From contig OX597840.1 in assembly GCA_951406725.2 (NCBI GenBank), forward strand, positions 3,596,001 to 3,660,000: a DNA stretch of 64,000 nt, given 5' to 3'. Made by a program: the position numbers and the translations under genes. Source of the stretch: Octopus vulgaris (taxonomy: Eukaryota). This document shows, piece after piece, positions 29,893-42,943 of this stretch (position 1 is the first letter of the stretch; each line of letters opens with the position of its first letter). The notes under the pieces were generated by a model. That model ran no database searches, had not been told where the DNA came from, and worked only from the letters and a program-made list of their open reading frames with translations.

Positions 29893-30566
29893 TATATGTA
29901 CGATAGATACATATACACAAATCTATACGCACACAGATACACGCGTATGCAATATATATTTATATACACACACATACGCATATATTTATATACACATACA
30001 TACAATATATATTTATATGCACGCATATACAAAATATGTTGATACATACACACAATATATATTTATATACACACACAAACTCAGACACATTCATATATTT
30101 CTACAGTTACAGTCATCCACTTACATATAAGCAAAGGACACATACACTAACATATGCCGTTCTAATCACTTCGTGAGCCTTGTAACCATTGTCATTGACT
30201 CTCCTTTTGCAGATTACACACGTGCACACGGCAAACAAGCATGCGCATATATTTATACGTGCACACAGACGCGCACGCACACAGGCATAGATGTACACAC
30301 GTATATACGTAAATGCTTATACATACACGAATATATATATATATATATATATATATTCCTAGATACACATGCAGACACAGATGCACACACATATATTTCC
30401 CATGCATAGCCTTGGTTAAAAGACTAAAACGTGTATAAGAATATACGCACATGCACGCACAGAGGGATGGATAGATACATAGATAGAAATATATATATAT
30501 AGCTAGATTGATAGATAGATAGTTATATAGATAGATGGAAAGGTTGATAGATAAATAAATAAAGAA

Positions 30567-30604
<38 letters not shown>

Positions 30605-30665
30605 GCAAAAATAAATACATACACATATAGCTATATATGAATATATGCACATATACATACGTGTT

Positions 30666-30730
<65 letters not shown>

Positions 30731-31581
30731 TTGTATGTATGTATGTATGTATGTATGTATGTATGTATGTATGTATGTATGTATGTATCTGTGTGTGTAT
30801 GTATATGAATGCATATACATATATACATTCATATGCATGTGGGAGTGCTTGTGTGTGAATCTCTGCAGTCACATTATACTATGGCCGTGAAAGCGTGTTT
30901 GTATTTGTGTATAAATCTATGCGTGTGTGTCTCTGTGCGTGTGTGTTTCTCTGTGCGTGTGTGTCTCTCTGTGCGTGTGTGTGTCTCTGTGCGTGTGTGT
31001 ATCTGTTTCGTGTAAGCGCATCATCTGTTCATTCTCATCCAATCAATAATACAACATATTCATTACCACAGGTCAAATGTCAATCACAGACTTGTACGCT
31101 ATTCCGCTGTTTCCGAAACAAAACATGCGCCATACATTGAATACCATAACTCAGATTAGGTCTTGTGACGCCATATGTGACATCATATACCCTAACACAC
31201 TACATACGTCTTCGTGTGCGTGCGAACATGCGTGTACGTATATTCATATAATGTATTTATGTATGGAGGAGCGTGTACGTATTTCTGTATGAATTGACTA
31301 AATTTTCTCTAAACATATATGTGCTTAACTCTGTCTCTCCTTATGTGTGAATGTAAAAGTGTGTGATAATTTAAAAGATGGAAGATATTAGACAAAAGAT
31401 GTTGGCAGGTCGGTTGGTGGAAGCACTACGGTATTATATTATCCTTGTCGCTGTCTGATTCACAGAGATGTACATATTTACCACTTTTGCCCAATCATAT
31501 AACACCTTGTTCTTAGTCTTGGCAAAATGGTCGAACATGGCAAAAGCTGCGCGCGCACACAGGCATATACATATATGTGTT

Positions 31582-31639
<58 letters not shown>

Positions 31640-31758
31640 CATATATATACGTATGTATATGTGTGTATGTATATATATATATATATACATATAAATGTGT
31701 GTATATATATGTATATATACACACGCACACATGTATATAATTCTTTATATATGTATAT

Positions 31759-31790
<32 letters not shown>

Positions 31791-31980
31791 GGGTAAGAGT
31801 TCACGAAAAAAACAAAAGACGAAGACAGGTGGTGTACAAAACAAACAGATGTATTAGTATAACGCTCAGGAACTGAAAAAGTATTTTACGTTTCGAGCCT
31901 ACGCTCTTCTACAGAAAGGGACACAGAAAAACATGGAGAGAAAATAATGTCTGTAGTGGCTACCGATCTATCATGGCGAT
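31791..31980 (-). repeat. TA-flanked short repeat with degenerate hammerhead-like motif
   Basis: Homologous to 11303-11450; minus strand CTTT-CTGTAGAA-GAGC-GTAG-GCTC-GAAACGTA-AAA. Confidence 0.75.
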
Positions 31981-32171
31981 CTATATATATACCTACCATC
32001 AGACATAATGTTACCTACTTATATAATGTGTATATGTATGTGTGTGTGCGCGAGTGTGCGTGGGTGTATGTATGAATGTAGATGGGTTTAGCAAAAATTT
32101 CGATTCAGATGAATATGGTACTTAAGTTGAGGCACCAGAATTTAGTACGGTATTATCCATACAATTTCAAA

Positions 32172-32462
32172 TATACTTCACCCACCACATTCTCCGAACA
32201 TTGCCCCCATTTGATTATCATTTAGTCAGCAGTCTTCAAAATCGTTTGGACGGAAAGAATATGAATTCTCTAGACGTGGTCAGAACAGTACAGGAGGAGT
32301 GCTTTTCGTTACGGACAAATGAATTTTGGAAGAAGGGTTCTTTGTGAGTCTATCAGAGAGATGGAAGGATATATATTTTAGATTAAAATAGTATTTTGTT
32401 TATCTTGATTATGAAAAATAAAAGAATTATAAGAAAAAACGAATTATTTATGGGTTGATCCT
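32172..32462 (+). mobile_element. Mariner transposase 3' relic (not in the ORF track)
   Basis: ILHPPHSPNIAP/FDYHLVSSLQNRLDGKNMNSLDVV...EFWKKG..ERW with frameshifts; ends in TIR-like ttatttatgggttgatccta followed by TA. Confidence 0.8.
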
Positions 32463-32659
32463 ATAGGTGTGTGTATGTGTACGTGTGTGTATGTGCGTGT
32501 GTGTGTGTGTGTGAATTTCGCTTGACAACCGATACTGGTATGCTTATGTCACTTTAACTTAGTGGTTCGGCAAAAGCGACCGATAGAATAAATGCTAGGC
32601 TTACAAAGAATAAGTGCTGCAGACGATTTCTTCCAATCTCTCTCTCTCCCTCTCTATCC

Positions 32660-32694
<35 letters not shown>

Positions 32695-33371
32695 GTACAT
32701 TTATATTTATATATACATACAAATGTATGCATGTATGTATGTATGTATATATGTATGTATATATGTATGTATGTATATATGCATGTATATGTATGTATGT
32801 ACGTGTGTATGTACATAATGAAAGTTTTATATCATAAGGCGCAGATCACTCAATACAATAGATATAGAGTTAAGTTATACAGATATTTACAATTATAGAA
32901 GCCATATATTCAACGTTGATACTTATTGGAATATCATATTAAACCACTCATAGCAATTTAGTCCATTACATAAAGAATTGGTTCAATCTTGGAGCTGTTT
33001 TTACGCAATTATGATTATAAGAAGCTCAACAGTTCCGAATGGTGTTCCAGGTGATTTTAAACCTACTTGTAACATACACTGACAGGTTTCGAAAATTGTT
33101 AATAGTATATAAGTAAACAATACATATACTGTGTATAAATACAAGCGAATAGAAACGTTTCGATAACATATATATATATATATATATATAGGCATGTATG
33201 TCTGTATAAAAGAAAGTGAAAGAATAAATAAATATATATATATATATATACGTAACTGTATCCATATGTTCACTACGTGTCTATATGTATATATTTATAT
33301 ATGTATATATATGTATATGTTTGTGCTTTTGTTTGTATGTATATATATATATATATATACATATGTAAATA

Positions 33372-33447
<76 letters not shown>

Positions 33448-33575
33448 TATTTACATATGTATATGCATATATATATATATATACACACACCACATTCCCC
33501 TATATATAGAGACAAAGAAAGATATGGATAGTGAGATGTGTATATATATATATATATATTTGTATGTATGCATGT

Positions 33576-33616
<41 letters not shown>

Positions 33617-34121
33617 CGGGGTATGTATGTATATTTTGTATAAGTATAAAAAGTCAAATAGATTTATCGGTATATCCCTTTATTTGTGTATGTATATGCA
33701 TGTGTGTGCGCGCGCGCCGATAAGTGCATTTGCGTATATTTCTGCAAATGTATCAGTTACTGTGTATATATATATATGGTGTATAACGTTTTTGGGGGCG
33801 TTTACTGTTTTCCTTCATGTTTTTTGTTTTTGCTTTTTTTTTGCAAAATTGTAAGAATTCCTCCATTACCAATATCTGCTTTGGTGATCTGCCATAAAAT
33901 TTACTAGAAGGTTTCTCAAGTTCAAAACATTTATATTTATGTATGTGTACGTATATATATGTATATATATATTTTTTTGTGCGTGTGAATAAGTATGTAT
34001 ATATGCATATGAGTTTATATACATATGGATATATATGTATATGTATATGTATATATATATGAAGCAAGAATGAGAAAGTAACATGCACGCGTATATACAT
34101 ATATGCATATACATATATATA

Positions 34122-34231
<110 letters not shown>

Positions 34232-35014
34232 TATGTATATGTATATATGTGTGTGTTAAAATATATGTATACACACACATTTATGTATATATATATGCAT
34301 ATATATGTATATATATATATATATGTGTGTATGTGTGTGTGTGTGTGTGAAGATGGGAGAGCAAAAGTAACAGGTACGCATATATATCCGTGAGGATACA
34401 GGTATGTATGTTTTAAAAAAAGGCAAGAGTGGAGAGAAGAGATACAGAAATACACTAACAATGGATAGATAGATGCATAAATAGACAGCCACACACACAT
34501 ACAGATATATTGATAGGTATACAGACAGATAGACAGATAGATAGATATATATATGCACACATGCGTACATGCATGCATACATACATTCATATATAACCTC
34601 ATTCATCCCCATCATCATATGCACTTACGTGTAATAACACGAACACACATATATGAACCTATGGATTTGCAGAAAAATCTAGAAATACTCAGCTTCACGG
34701 AAAAACAACAAAAGAAGCTAACAGATTATTCAATTCCAATCTATCAGTGGCACAGTGAAGGTCTGTAAGACATTCCAAATAATGCTCCATCTGAGATTGT
34801 TTTGTGAACAGATGCACACACTTGGTTGCATGCATCGACATTCCCACCAAACACACCATCTCAACCACATATTTATGAACAGCAGAAATTCTTTTAACTC
34901 AAAACGTCTTGGTTTTTAGCAACCGGCTTGAACTCTCTCATGAAGAACTGTAATTAAACTCAAAGAAAAATCTTACATACCTAAAGAACCTTTTCAGTCA
35001 TGAATGACCCTCGG

Positions 35015-35265
35015 ATTGCACCTAGAAAGTTACCCTCCGAGGCGCAAGTGCGAGCAAGGGTGTTCATGTAAGACCGGCAGTCGCCCATGCATACCGGCCT
35101 CTCCTCTCCGCGACACCGATGTTACTCTAGGGAAAGACAAATGCCGATACAGCTTGGCGTCGCAAGTCATTTCTACAGGTGAATAGAACACAAAACACAC
35201 CCTTGTCTGGGAATCGAACCCACGACCTCATGATTGTCAGCCCACTGCTCTAACCACTGAGCAAT
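35015..35265 (-). mobile_element. tRNA-derived SINE family D, partial
   Basis: Homologous to 63158-63440; gggaatcgaacc (B box) and ctaaccactgagc (A box) in reverse. Confidence 0.8.
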
Positions 35266-35363
35266 ACAGACATGGATATAGAAATACAAATACATACATA
35301 CGAAAATAAATAAATAGGTAGGAGTGTATAGGCATATATAGGCATCTAGACATAGGCATATAT

Positions 35364-35924
35364 ATATTAATTTAATAATACCGTCAATTTAACACCAAGT
35401 GGCTTAGCACAAAAAACTACGGAGAAAATACAAATTTATACATAAATTATTAGAGAGTTATCCACTATGTGGATAACTCTAGTGCTAAAAATAGCTCCGA
35501 AGCAACCACAGAAAAACCGTTTCCAACTAGAATCAACACACATTCAACTGAAGGAAAGTGAAATACAACGAATAAAATAGATTGACTCTATACAATTGTT
35601 TCATTACTAATGCAATATGTAGTTTTACTTACATTTGCATCCATAAATCTTCGGTAGAGTTTGTCAGAAATGCAATTAATTAGATCGATTCGGGCGTCAA
35701 AAACACGAGCGGTCCAACCAGTTACATTTTTAGTTATGTCTCAAATTCCGCGCCAAAAGCATGCCTAGACTCCATTGAAAACGTATGCCGCATCAAATAA
35801 AATATTGACTGCCGCGTAGTTAAATTTATAAAATTATAAATGAGGGTGAAAAATCGATATTAATTTAATAATACCGTCAATTTAACACCAAGTGGCTTAG
35901 CACAAAAAACTACGGAGAAAATAC
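35364..35924 (-). mobile_element. 493-bp unit with 68-bp terminal direct repeat and a hammerhead (retrozyme/Penelope pLTR-like)
   Basis: 35364-35431 is identical to 35857-35924; flanked by (TA)n; no ORF; internal hammerhead fold and a perfect 12-bp hairpin at 35454-35480. Confidence 0.75.
35585..35660 (-). ncRNA. Minimal type I hammerhead ribozyme (CCGAAGA core variant)
   Basis: ACUCUA-CCGAAGA-[long stem II with AUGCAA/UUGCAU and AUGUA/UACAU]-GAAAC-AAUU-GUA^UAGAGU; palindromic stem III region ACAAUUGU. Confidence 0.72.
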
Positions 35925-36032
35925 TATAATTTTATATATATATATATATACATATATATAGAAAGAATATTGATACTGATTAGAGATAATAATGGTAGTG
36001 ACCGCAAGCTAAAAAACCGTATAGGCAAAATT

Positions 36033-36081
<49 letters not shown>

Positions 36082-36112
36082 ATGTATGTGTATATATGTA
36101 TGCATATATATA

Positions 36113-36331
36113 AGAATTATATGTAACAAGGGTACTGTGAAGCACAATCTTTGCTAAAAATAGTAGTCAAAAGTACTCCGAAGCCGAAAAAGTTAACACT
36201 TTTCACAGGCATGGTTGGAAAAGAAAAAGCCCGAGAAAAATCTAGTGTTAACTTCTTTGGTTTCAGAGTATTTTTTACTACTATTTTTAGCAAACCTGGT
36301 GCTTCATAGCGACCTTGTTTCATATAATTCT
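36113..36331. mobile_element. Fold-back/MITE-like inverted repeat (~88-bp arms) in (TA)n
   Basis: agaattatatg..tgaagcac..tttgctaaaaatagtagt..aagttaacact mirrored by agtgttaactt..actactatttttagcaaa..gtgcttca..catataattct. Confidence 0.8.
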
Positions 36332-36390
36332 GCTATATATATATATATATATTAATTTTGCCACAGTGTGTGTGTAAATATGTATGCATC

Positions 36391-36448
<58 letters not shown>

Positions 36449-36929
36449 GTATACATGTCTACGGGAGTGAGTATATGTGTGAGCATGAGTATAACTGTCT
36501 GTGAATGCTTGCATATATATATACATATATATACATGCATACCACCCATATACATATAAATATATATGCATATAGATATACGCGTATGTAATATAACTAT
36601 GAGCCTGTATACATGATTCACACGTCTTGATCCATTACTAACTCACACACAGACTTATACATCTACACACGTACACATACGCAGATACACACACAGATAT
36701 ATATACATATTTATGTATAAACACACACACACATACACATACACCTATGGTATCTGTTTTACAGTGCAGTGTTTTGTATCGGCAATGATATCGTCTGCTG
36801 TTATTCCACTCGTATTGTATTTCAAAAACTGTACCTTGTGTTCACCTGCAGGGAGAAGATTCTATAACTTGACGCTGGGATACGACAGATAGATAAATAA
36901 ATAAATAGATGATAGATAGATAGATAGAG

Positions 36930-36980
<51 letters not shown>

Positions 36981-37171
36981 CAGAAGAAAGACAGACGGAC
37001 ACACACACAGACAGATAATACATACGTGGACATAGATACATGCAAGCATGCATACATACATACGTACATATGTACGTGCATACACATACATATGTACATT
37101 CATACATACTTTCCTACATAGAGAAAAAGAGAACGGCAGGTAGACAGGTAGAAAGTTATGTAGGTGGATAC

Positions 37172-37214
<43 letters not shown>

Positions 37215-37217
37215 TAG

Positions 37218-37322
37218 ATTTCTTTATTGGCCACGCAGAGCTAAACACAGAAGGAACAAAATACAAAGTAGAGCTTTTCTTTTTGGGAAGAGGGGGAAAA
37301 GAAAAATGGGTTAAATCCCGAT
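37218..37322 (-). mobile_element. LINE-like 3' UTR fragment, diverged copy of 17736
   Basis: tttctttattggccac..gtagagcttttcttttt between (GACA)n and (GATA)n. Confidence 0.75.
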
Positions 37323-37332
37323 CAGATAGATC

Positions 37333-37491
<159 letters not shown>

Positions 37492-37905
37492 TGAAGAGAA
37501 CGGTAGAAAGAGAGAGATTCAGGGAGACGGAGATAGAAAGACGTACAGACAGACTTAAAAAAGTCTTCATAGACATAGTCACAGAAAGACATACAGACAG
37601 ATCGAAACAGTTAAGTGGACTAAAGTAGACTAAAAAAAATCGCAGTATTAACTATAGCGACAGATTTAATGGCTAGAGTTTTCTCCCCCTATTTTCCCCC
37701 ACTCTCCTTTTTATAAGATACGTTTATAGTTCGCCACATTTTCTCCATTTCCTTAAAACCTTTACATTAGCCAAACAGTTCAGCGGCCATTTTTTTTTTT
37801 TATATCTCCGTCTACGGATTTTATGATCATCATTGTTGCTGCTTTTGTGGTTTTGGCCGTTGGTGTTGTTATTATGGTTGTGGTAACATATATTATTATC
37901 ATTGC

Positions 37906-38041
<136 letters not shown>

Positions 38042-38255
38042 AAAGTCAGTGAGCAGCTGATAGAATCATGAATACGCTGAACGAAATGCTTGATCCGCCT
38101 TCACGTTCTGAGTCCAAATTCCGCCGATGTCGACTTTGCCTTCTATCCTTTCGGGGTCGATAAATTAAGTGCCAGTTGATTACTGGGGCCGATCTAATCG
38201 ACTAGCCCCCTCCCCCAAAATTCCAGGTCTTGTACCCTTAGTAAAAAAAAAATAT
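38042..38255 (+). mobile_element. SINE family A, tail ii
   Basis: Core gactttgccttctatcctttcggggtcgataaattaag. Confidence 0.82.
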
Positions 38256-38285
38256 TATTGTTGTTGTTGTTGTTGTTGTTACTGA

Positions 38286-38930
38286 ATGAGTGAGAGAGTA
38301 ACGCATGTCATCAAAGTGACACTGGGGCACAAATATACGAAGCCCAATACACCCATCATGATAAGGGTAAACCAGGTACATGCATTACAACCATATGCGC
38401 GAGACATAGTGATATCATATCAAGATAAACAGCGTAGTTAGAATTTTCTCTGAGGCCCAGTTAGAACTTTTTCGAGAGGTCCCTGAATAAGGGTTGTTTA
38501 AGGTTGATGAACGAACCACCCATGTCTCTAGACCACTAAGAATTCCTATCAACGCGTGGCTATGATACTGCCCCTCCACTTCTGCTCGTGATCAGTGATG
38601 TACATATCGTCAACCGCCAAGGGACATGCTCAACTGGTTAAAGTCAAACACCTGACAAGCAAATATGTGGTATTGCGTAGAATATCGCGTAGATTGGCAT
38701 AGATTGGCATATTTCGGTCATGTTATGCGGAGAAAATCCCTGGAGAAGGACATCATGATTCGGAATGGTCAGTTGCAAGAGAGGAAGAGGCCGACCAAAA
38801 ACCCGCTGGCTTGATACCATCAAGAGTGATACCGGAATGGACATAGCCAATCTGAAAGAAGCGGCCCAGGATAGAACTGACTGGAGGACACTGATCCAAC
38901 GAGTGACCGAGAGTCGATTTCGACTAAGCG

Positions 38931-39023
<93 letters not shown>

Positions 39024-39125
39024 CGTAGAATATTTTCTGTAGTTCACGTTTTACACCAAGAAAAAAACATACATGATTACACTTCCAATCAGTTAAGATA
39101 AGAAGCCTTGAGAGCCACTGGCTGA
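38286..39125 (-). mobile_element. Non-coding interspersed repeat (same family as 40849-41390), split by an RTE insertion
   Basis: Colinear with 40849-41390 on both sides of 38686-39022. Confidence 0.8.
38686..39022 (+). mobile_element. RTE-clade LINE, 5'-truncated, with (GATA)n tail and 11-bp TSD
   Basis: RLAYFGHVMRRKSLEKDIM/GMVSCKRGRGRPKTRWLDTIK..LKEAAQDRTDWR; TSD GCGTAGAATAT at 38675-38685 and 39023-39033. Confidence 0.92.
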
Positions 39126-39771
39126 TGATAGTGTAACATTTTATAGCTTGGGGTACGTTTGAAGGTAGGATGTCCGATATTTTATAGAGAAAAATCGGTT
39201 TTCATTATTCAAAAAACTATTATATATCGGATGAAATCGCTACATTATAAAACTTCAAATCAGTTACGATCAAAAGCCATGAGGCCCAGTGCCTGGTATT
39301 CCATCAAGGCGGCGAAGTGGCAGAATCATAACAGTGCCGGACAAAATGCCAAGCAACATTTCGTCCGTCTTTAAGTCTTGCATTTAAAAACTGCCGACCC
39401 AAAGTTACGATTTCTTATGGGGTTTTTGCTCCTTATTCTTCACTCAACCTTTCTCTCAAATTCTATTTTCCTTCTAAAGTGTGGTTTTTACTTTTGACGT
39501 CGTCACTTGTATTACATGCCCTGTTCTTCTTCACACATTTTTCCTTCCTTCTTTTCTTCGTTCCATTCTTTCTTCCTTCCTTCCTTCCTTCCTTCCTTTC
39601 TTTCTTTCTTCCCTCCTTCCTGGTGATTCTTTTCCTTTTCTTTGTTACTCTTGTATTACTTCTGGCGAATTATCCCACATCCTTTTGTTTCCTTCAGGCT
39701 ATTGTTTGTGTTGCTCTTGTCCTCTTTCTTCATCTACTCCCACCACCACCACCACCACCACCACCACCACC

Positions 39772-39812
<41 letters not shown>

Positions 39813-39849
39813 TACTACTACTACTCCTAATAATAATAATAATGATAAA

Positions 39850-39929
<80 letters not shown>

Positions 39930-39951
39930 TAATATTAATAATAATAATAAT

Positions 39952-40004
<53 letters not shown>

Positions 40005-40214
40005 TACCGCCCCCACCACCACGAAGCCCTCATCTCTTACCGATCCCCATTTTCTATGTTCCTGGCAAGTTCCTGTCTTTCATCTTCCATTTTCTTTCTT
40101 TCCTTTCATTCTTCTCATTCATTTTCTCTCATCCTATTTATTCGTAGCTAGGATATCGGATTGCTATCATTATTACGATTGTTAAAATTACCATCATCAC
40201 TATCATCATCATCG

Positions 40215-40283
<69 letters not shown>

Positions 40284-40303
40284 ATATTTCTACTATTATT
40301 ATT

Positions 40304-40530
40304 AAGGCGGTGAACTGGCAGAATCGTTAGCACGCCGGGCAAAATACTTAGCAGTATTTCGTGTGTCTTTACGCTCTGAGTTCGAATTCCACCGAGGTCG
40401 ACTTTACCTTTTATCGTTTCGGGGTCGATAAATTAGGCACCAGTGAAACACTGGGAGGGTCCATGTAATTAACTAGTCCCCTCTCCCAAATTTTCAGGTC
40501 TTTTGCCTTCAGTAGAAAGGCTTATCATTA
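40304..40530 (+). mobile_element. SINE family A, tail ii
   Basis: Head aaggcggtgaactggcagaatcgttagc, B box gagttcgaattcc. Confidence 0.88.
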
Positions 40531-40542
40531 TTAATATGTAGT

Positions 40543-40578
<36 letters not shown>

Positions 40579-40790
40579 GGTGCTGGTGTGATTACGTGAT
40601 AACAGTTCTTGCCATTATAATTACTGCTGTCAACGCCCTTTGACTATTGTCTGTCAGCACAAACACACAAACACATATACACACATTTTCCTTTCTAATA
40701 CTCTCTCTCTCTAACTTAAGTCCTCTACTTCAAACACTAATACGCCGAAACCGAAAGAGCGACCATTATTATTATTGCTATTATTATTAC

Positions 40791-40848
<58 letters not shown>

Positions 40849-40849
<1 letters not shown>

Positions 40850-41390
40850 GAGTGAGAGAGCAGTAAATGCCATCAAAGTGACACTGGGGTAAAATATACG
40901 AAGCCCAGTATACGCATCATGACTACCCGTCTGATAAGGATACACCAGGCACATGCATCACAACCATATATACATGACATGGTGATCTCATATCAAGATA
41001 AACAGCACATTACCTTGCAGGTGGGGCCCAATTAGAATTTTGTTGTGGTCGAGTAGCCCATCCCGCTCAAAAGGTCCCTGAATAAGGGTTGTTTAAGGAT
41101 GTTGAACGAAACACCCATGTTTCCAAAGGTGAATTATTCAAACCCCAAAGAATCCCTCTCAACACATGGCTATGATGCTCCCCCACTACTTCTGCTCGTG
41201 ATCAGAGATGCACATATCGTCAGCCACTAAGGGACATGCTCAACTGGTTAAGGTCAAACAACTGACAAGCAAATCTGTGGTATTGAGCAGAATATTTGCT
41301 GCAGCCCATATGTCATCATATGTGTCATCATGTACATGATGACACATCTAATCAGTTAAGATCAGAAGCCATGGTATTGCATCAGGTTAT
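40849..41390 (-). mobile_element. Non-coding ~540-bp interspersed repeat embedded in (TTA)n
   Basis: Second copy at 38286; (TTA)n on both sides. Orientation inferred from a putative (TAA)n tail. Confidence 0.75.
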
Positions 41391-41470
41391 TTATTATTAT
41401 AATCATTATTGTTATTATTGTTGTTGTTGTTATTAATATTGTTATATTATTATTATCATTATTATTATTA

Positions 41471-41520
<50 letters not shown>

Positions 41521-41521
41521 T

Positions 41522-41750
41522 AAAGTGGTGAGCTGGCAGTATGGTTAGAATGCCGGGCAAAATGTTTAGCGCTATTTCGTCTGCCGTCACGTTCTGAGTT
41601 CAAATTCCACCGAGGTCGACATTACGTTTCATCCTTTTGGGGTCGGTTAAATAAGTACCAGTTACGCACTAGGGTCGATGTAATCTACTTAAGTTCTTTG
41701 TCTGTCCTTGTTTGTCCCCTCTATGTTTAGCCACCTGTGGGCAATATAGA

Positions 41751-41752
<2 letters not shown>
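41522..41752 (+). mobile_element. SINE family A, tail i
   Basis: Head, core and tail motifs. Confidence 0.85.
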
Positions 41753-41816
<64 letters not shown>

Positions 41817-41959
41817 TCATTTCACGTTGCTCTAGTCAACTCAGCTGATAAAAATGGGTGTAGCCAGAAAAGGGATGGACTCCGCCAACCTTTACCACCC
41901 AAGATACCCGGCATGACTACAGCGCCCCAGTGACCCCTAAGGAGGTAAGGGGGCTTGCC

Positions 41960-42262
41960 AAAATCTGGTGCGTTTTCTACACGTCTCTTTTGGCGAACAG
42001 CTAGGTTACGGGGACGTAAACACACCAACACGGTTGTCAAGGAGTGGTGGGAAACAAATACATAAAGAATGCCACACACACATATATGTATGTGTGTGTA
42101 CATGCGACGGGATTCTTTCAGTTTCCATCTGCAAAATCCACTCTCAAGCCTTTGGTCCGCTCGAACCTGTAGCAGAAGACATTCGCCCAAGATGCCATGC
42201 AACGGAACTGAACACAAAACCATGTGGTTGGCAAAGAAGCTTCTTACTACACAGGCACGCCG
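41960..42262 (-). mobile_element. SINE family B, diverged
   Basis: ttacggggacgtaaacacacca, ttctttcagtttcc, gaagacattcgcccaag. Confidence 0.8.
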
Positions 42263-42472
42263 AAGCCTATATTTGTTATTTTGTCTGTTAGGTACAAGCA
42301 CGTACGCTCTACCTAACTGGGCAAACTCCGAGAAATAAAGAACCGGCAGAAACACGTTAAGGATTTTATAAAACGGTCTAAAACCCCTGCCAAAGCAAAA
42401 CGCTTCACAAATCCTGAATCTTTTCAACCCCTAAAACTAACCGTAACAAACTTAAACTCCGTAAAATGTGGA

Positions 42473-42943
42473 GGATGTTTTCGGTTTGAACGGCAGTTTT
42501 TTCTAGCGGTGTCATATGAAATTGTCACCCATAATTATGACCTTAGTATCGATCTATTGCATTTCAATCTGTTTTAGGGTTAGAGTTAGTTAGGGTTATT
42601 TAGGGTTAGTTAGGGCTAGGGTTAGGTTTAGGGTTAGGGTTATGGATGGGGGGAAGGGTATCTTTTTTCTTCACAAATGTAAATAAGCCCAATCTATTTC
42701 TTAAACGAGGGACATATCCATACGGCACAGAATGTTTTTTACCGCAATGGACGTCATTGATTGGTTGAAATCGCAGGAATTGAAGAAAAAAAGCAACAAA
42801 TATCTTACAAACTATAGAATTTTCTCAATAAAGCCAAGAGAAAAAGATGTTTTATAAACACATTCTACTAGTATACGAAGTTTAAATTTTTTTTAGTTAC
42901 CTAGAAATTATGTTAAAAACTGCCGTTCAAACCGAAAAGATCC
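42473..42943. mobile_element. TIR element (MITE) with 8-bp TSD and internal TTAGGG-like repeats; Merlin-like
   Basis: TIRs GGATGTTTTCGGTTTGAACGGCAGTTTTT / AAAAACTGCCGTTCAAACCGAAAAGATCC; flanks AATGTGGA / AATGCGGA. Confidence 0.85.

Noticed and set aside
35458-35476. TTATCCAC/GTGGATAA resembling inverted DnaA boxes
   Set aside because: Eukaryotic context; simply the arms of a hairpin.
36828-36862. Minus-strand cttctccctgcag|GTGAACACAAG|gtacag possible microexon or AG|GT site
   Set aside because: Weak donors and a short pyrimidine tract; expected by chance.
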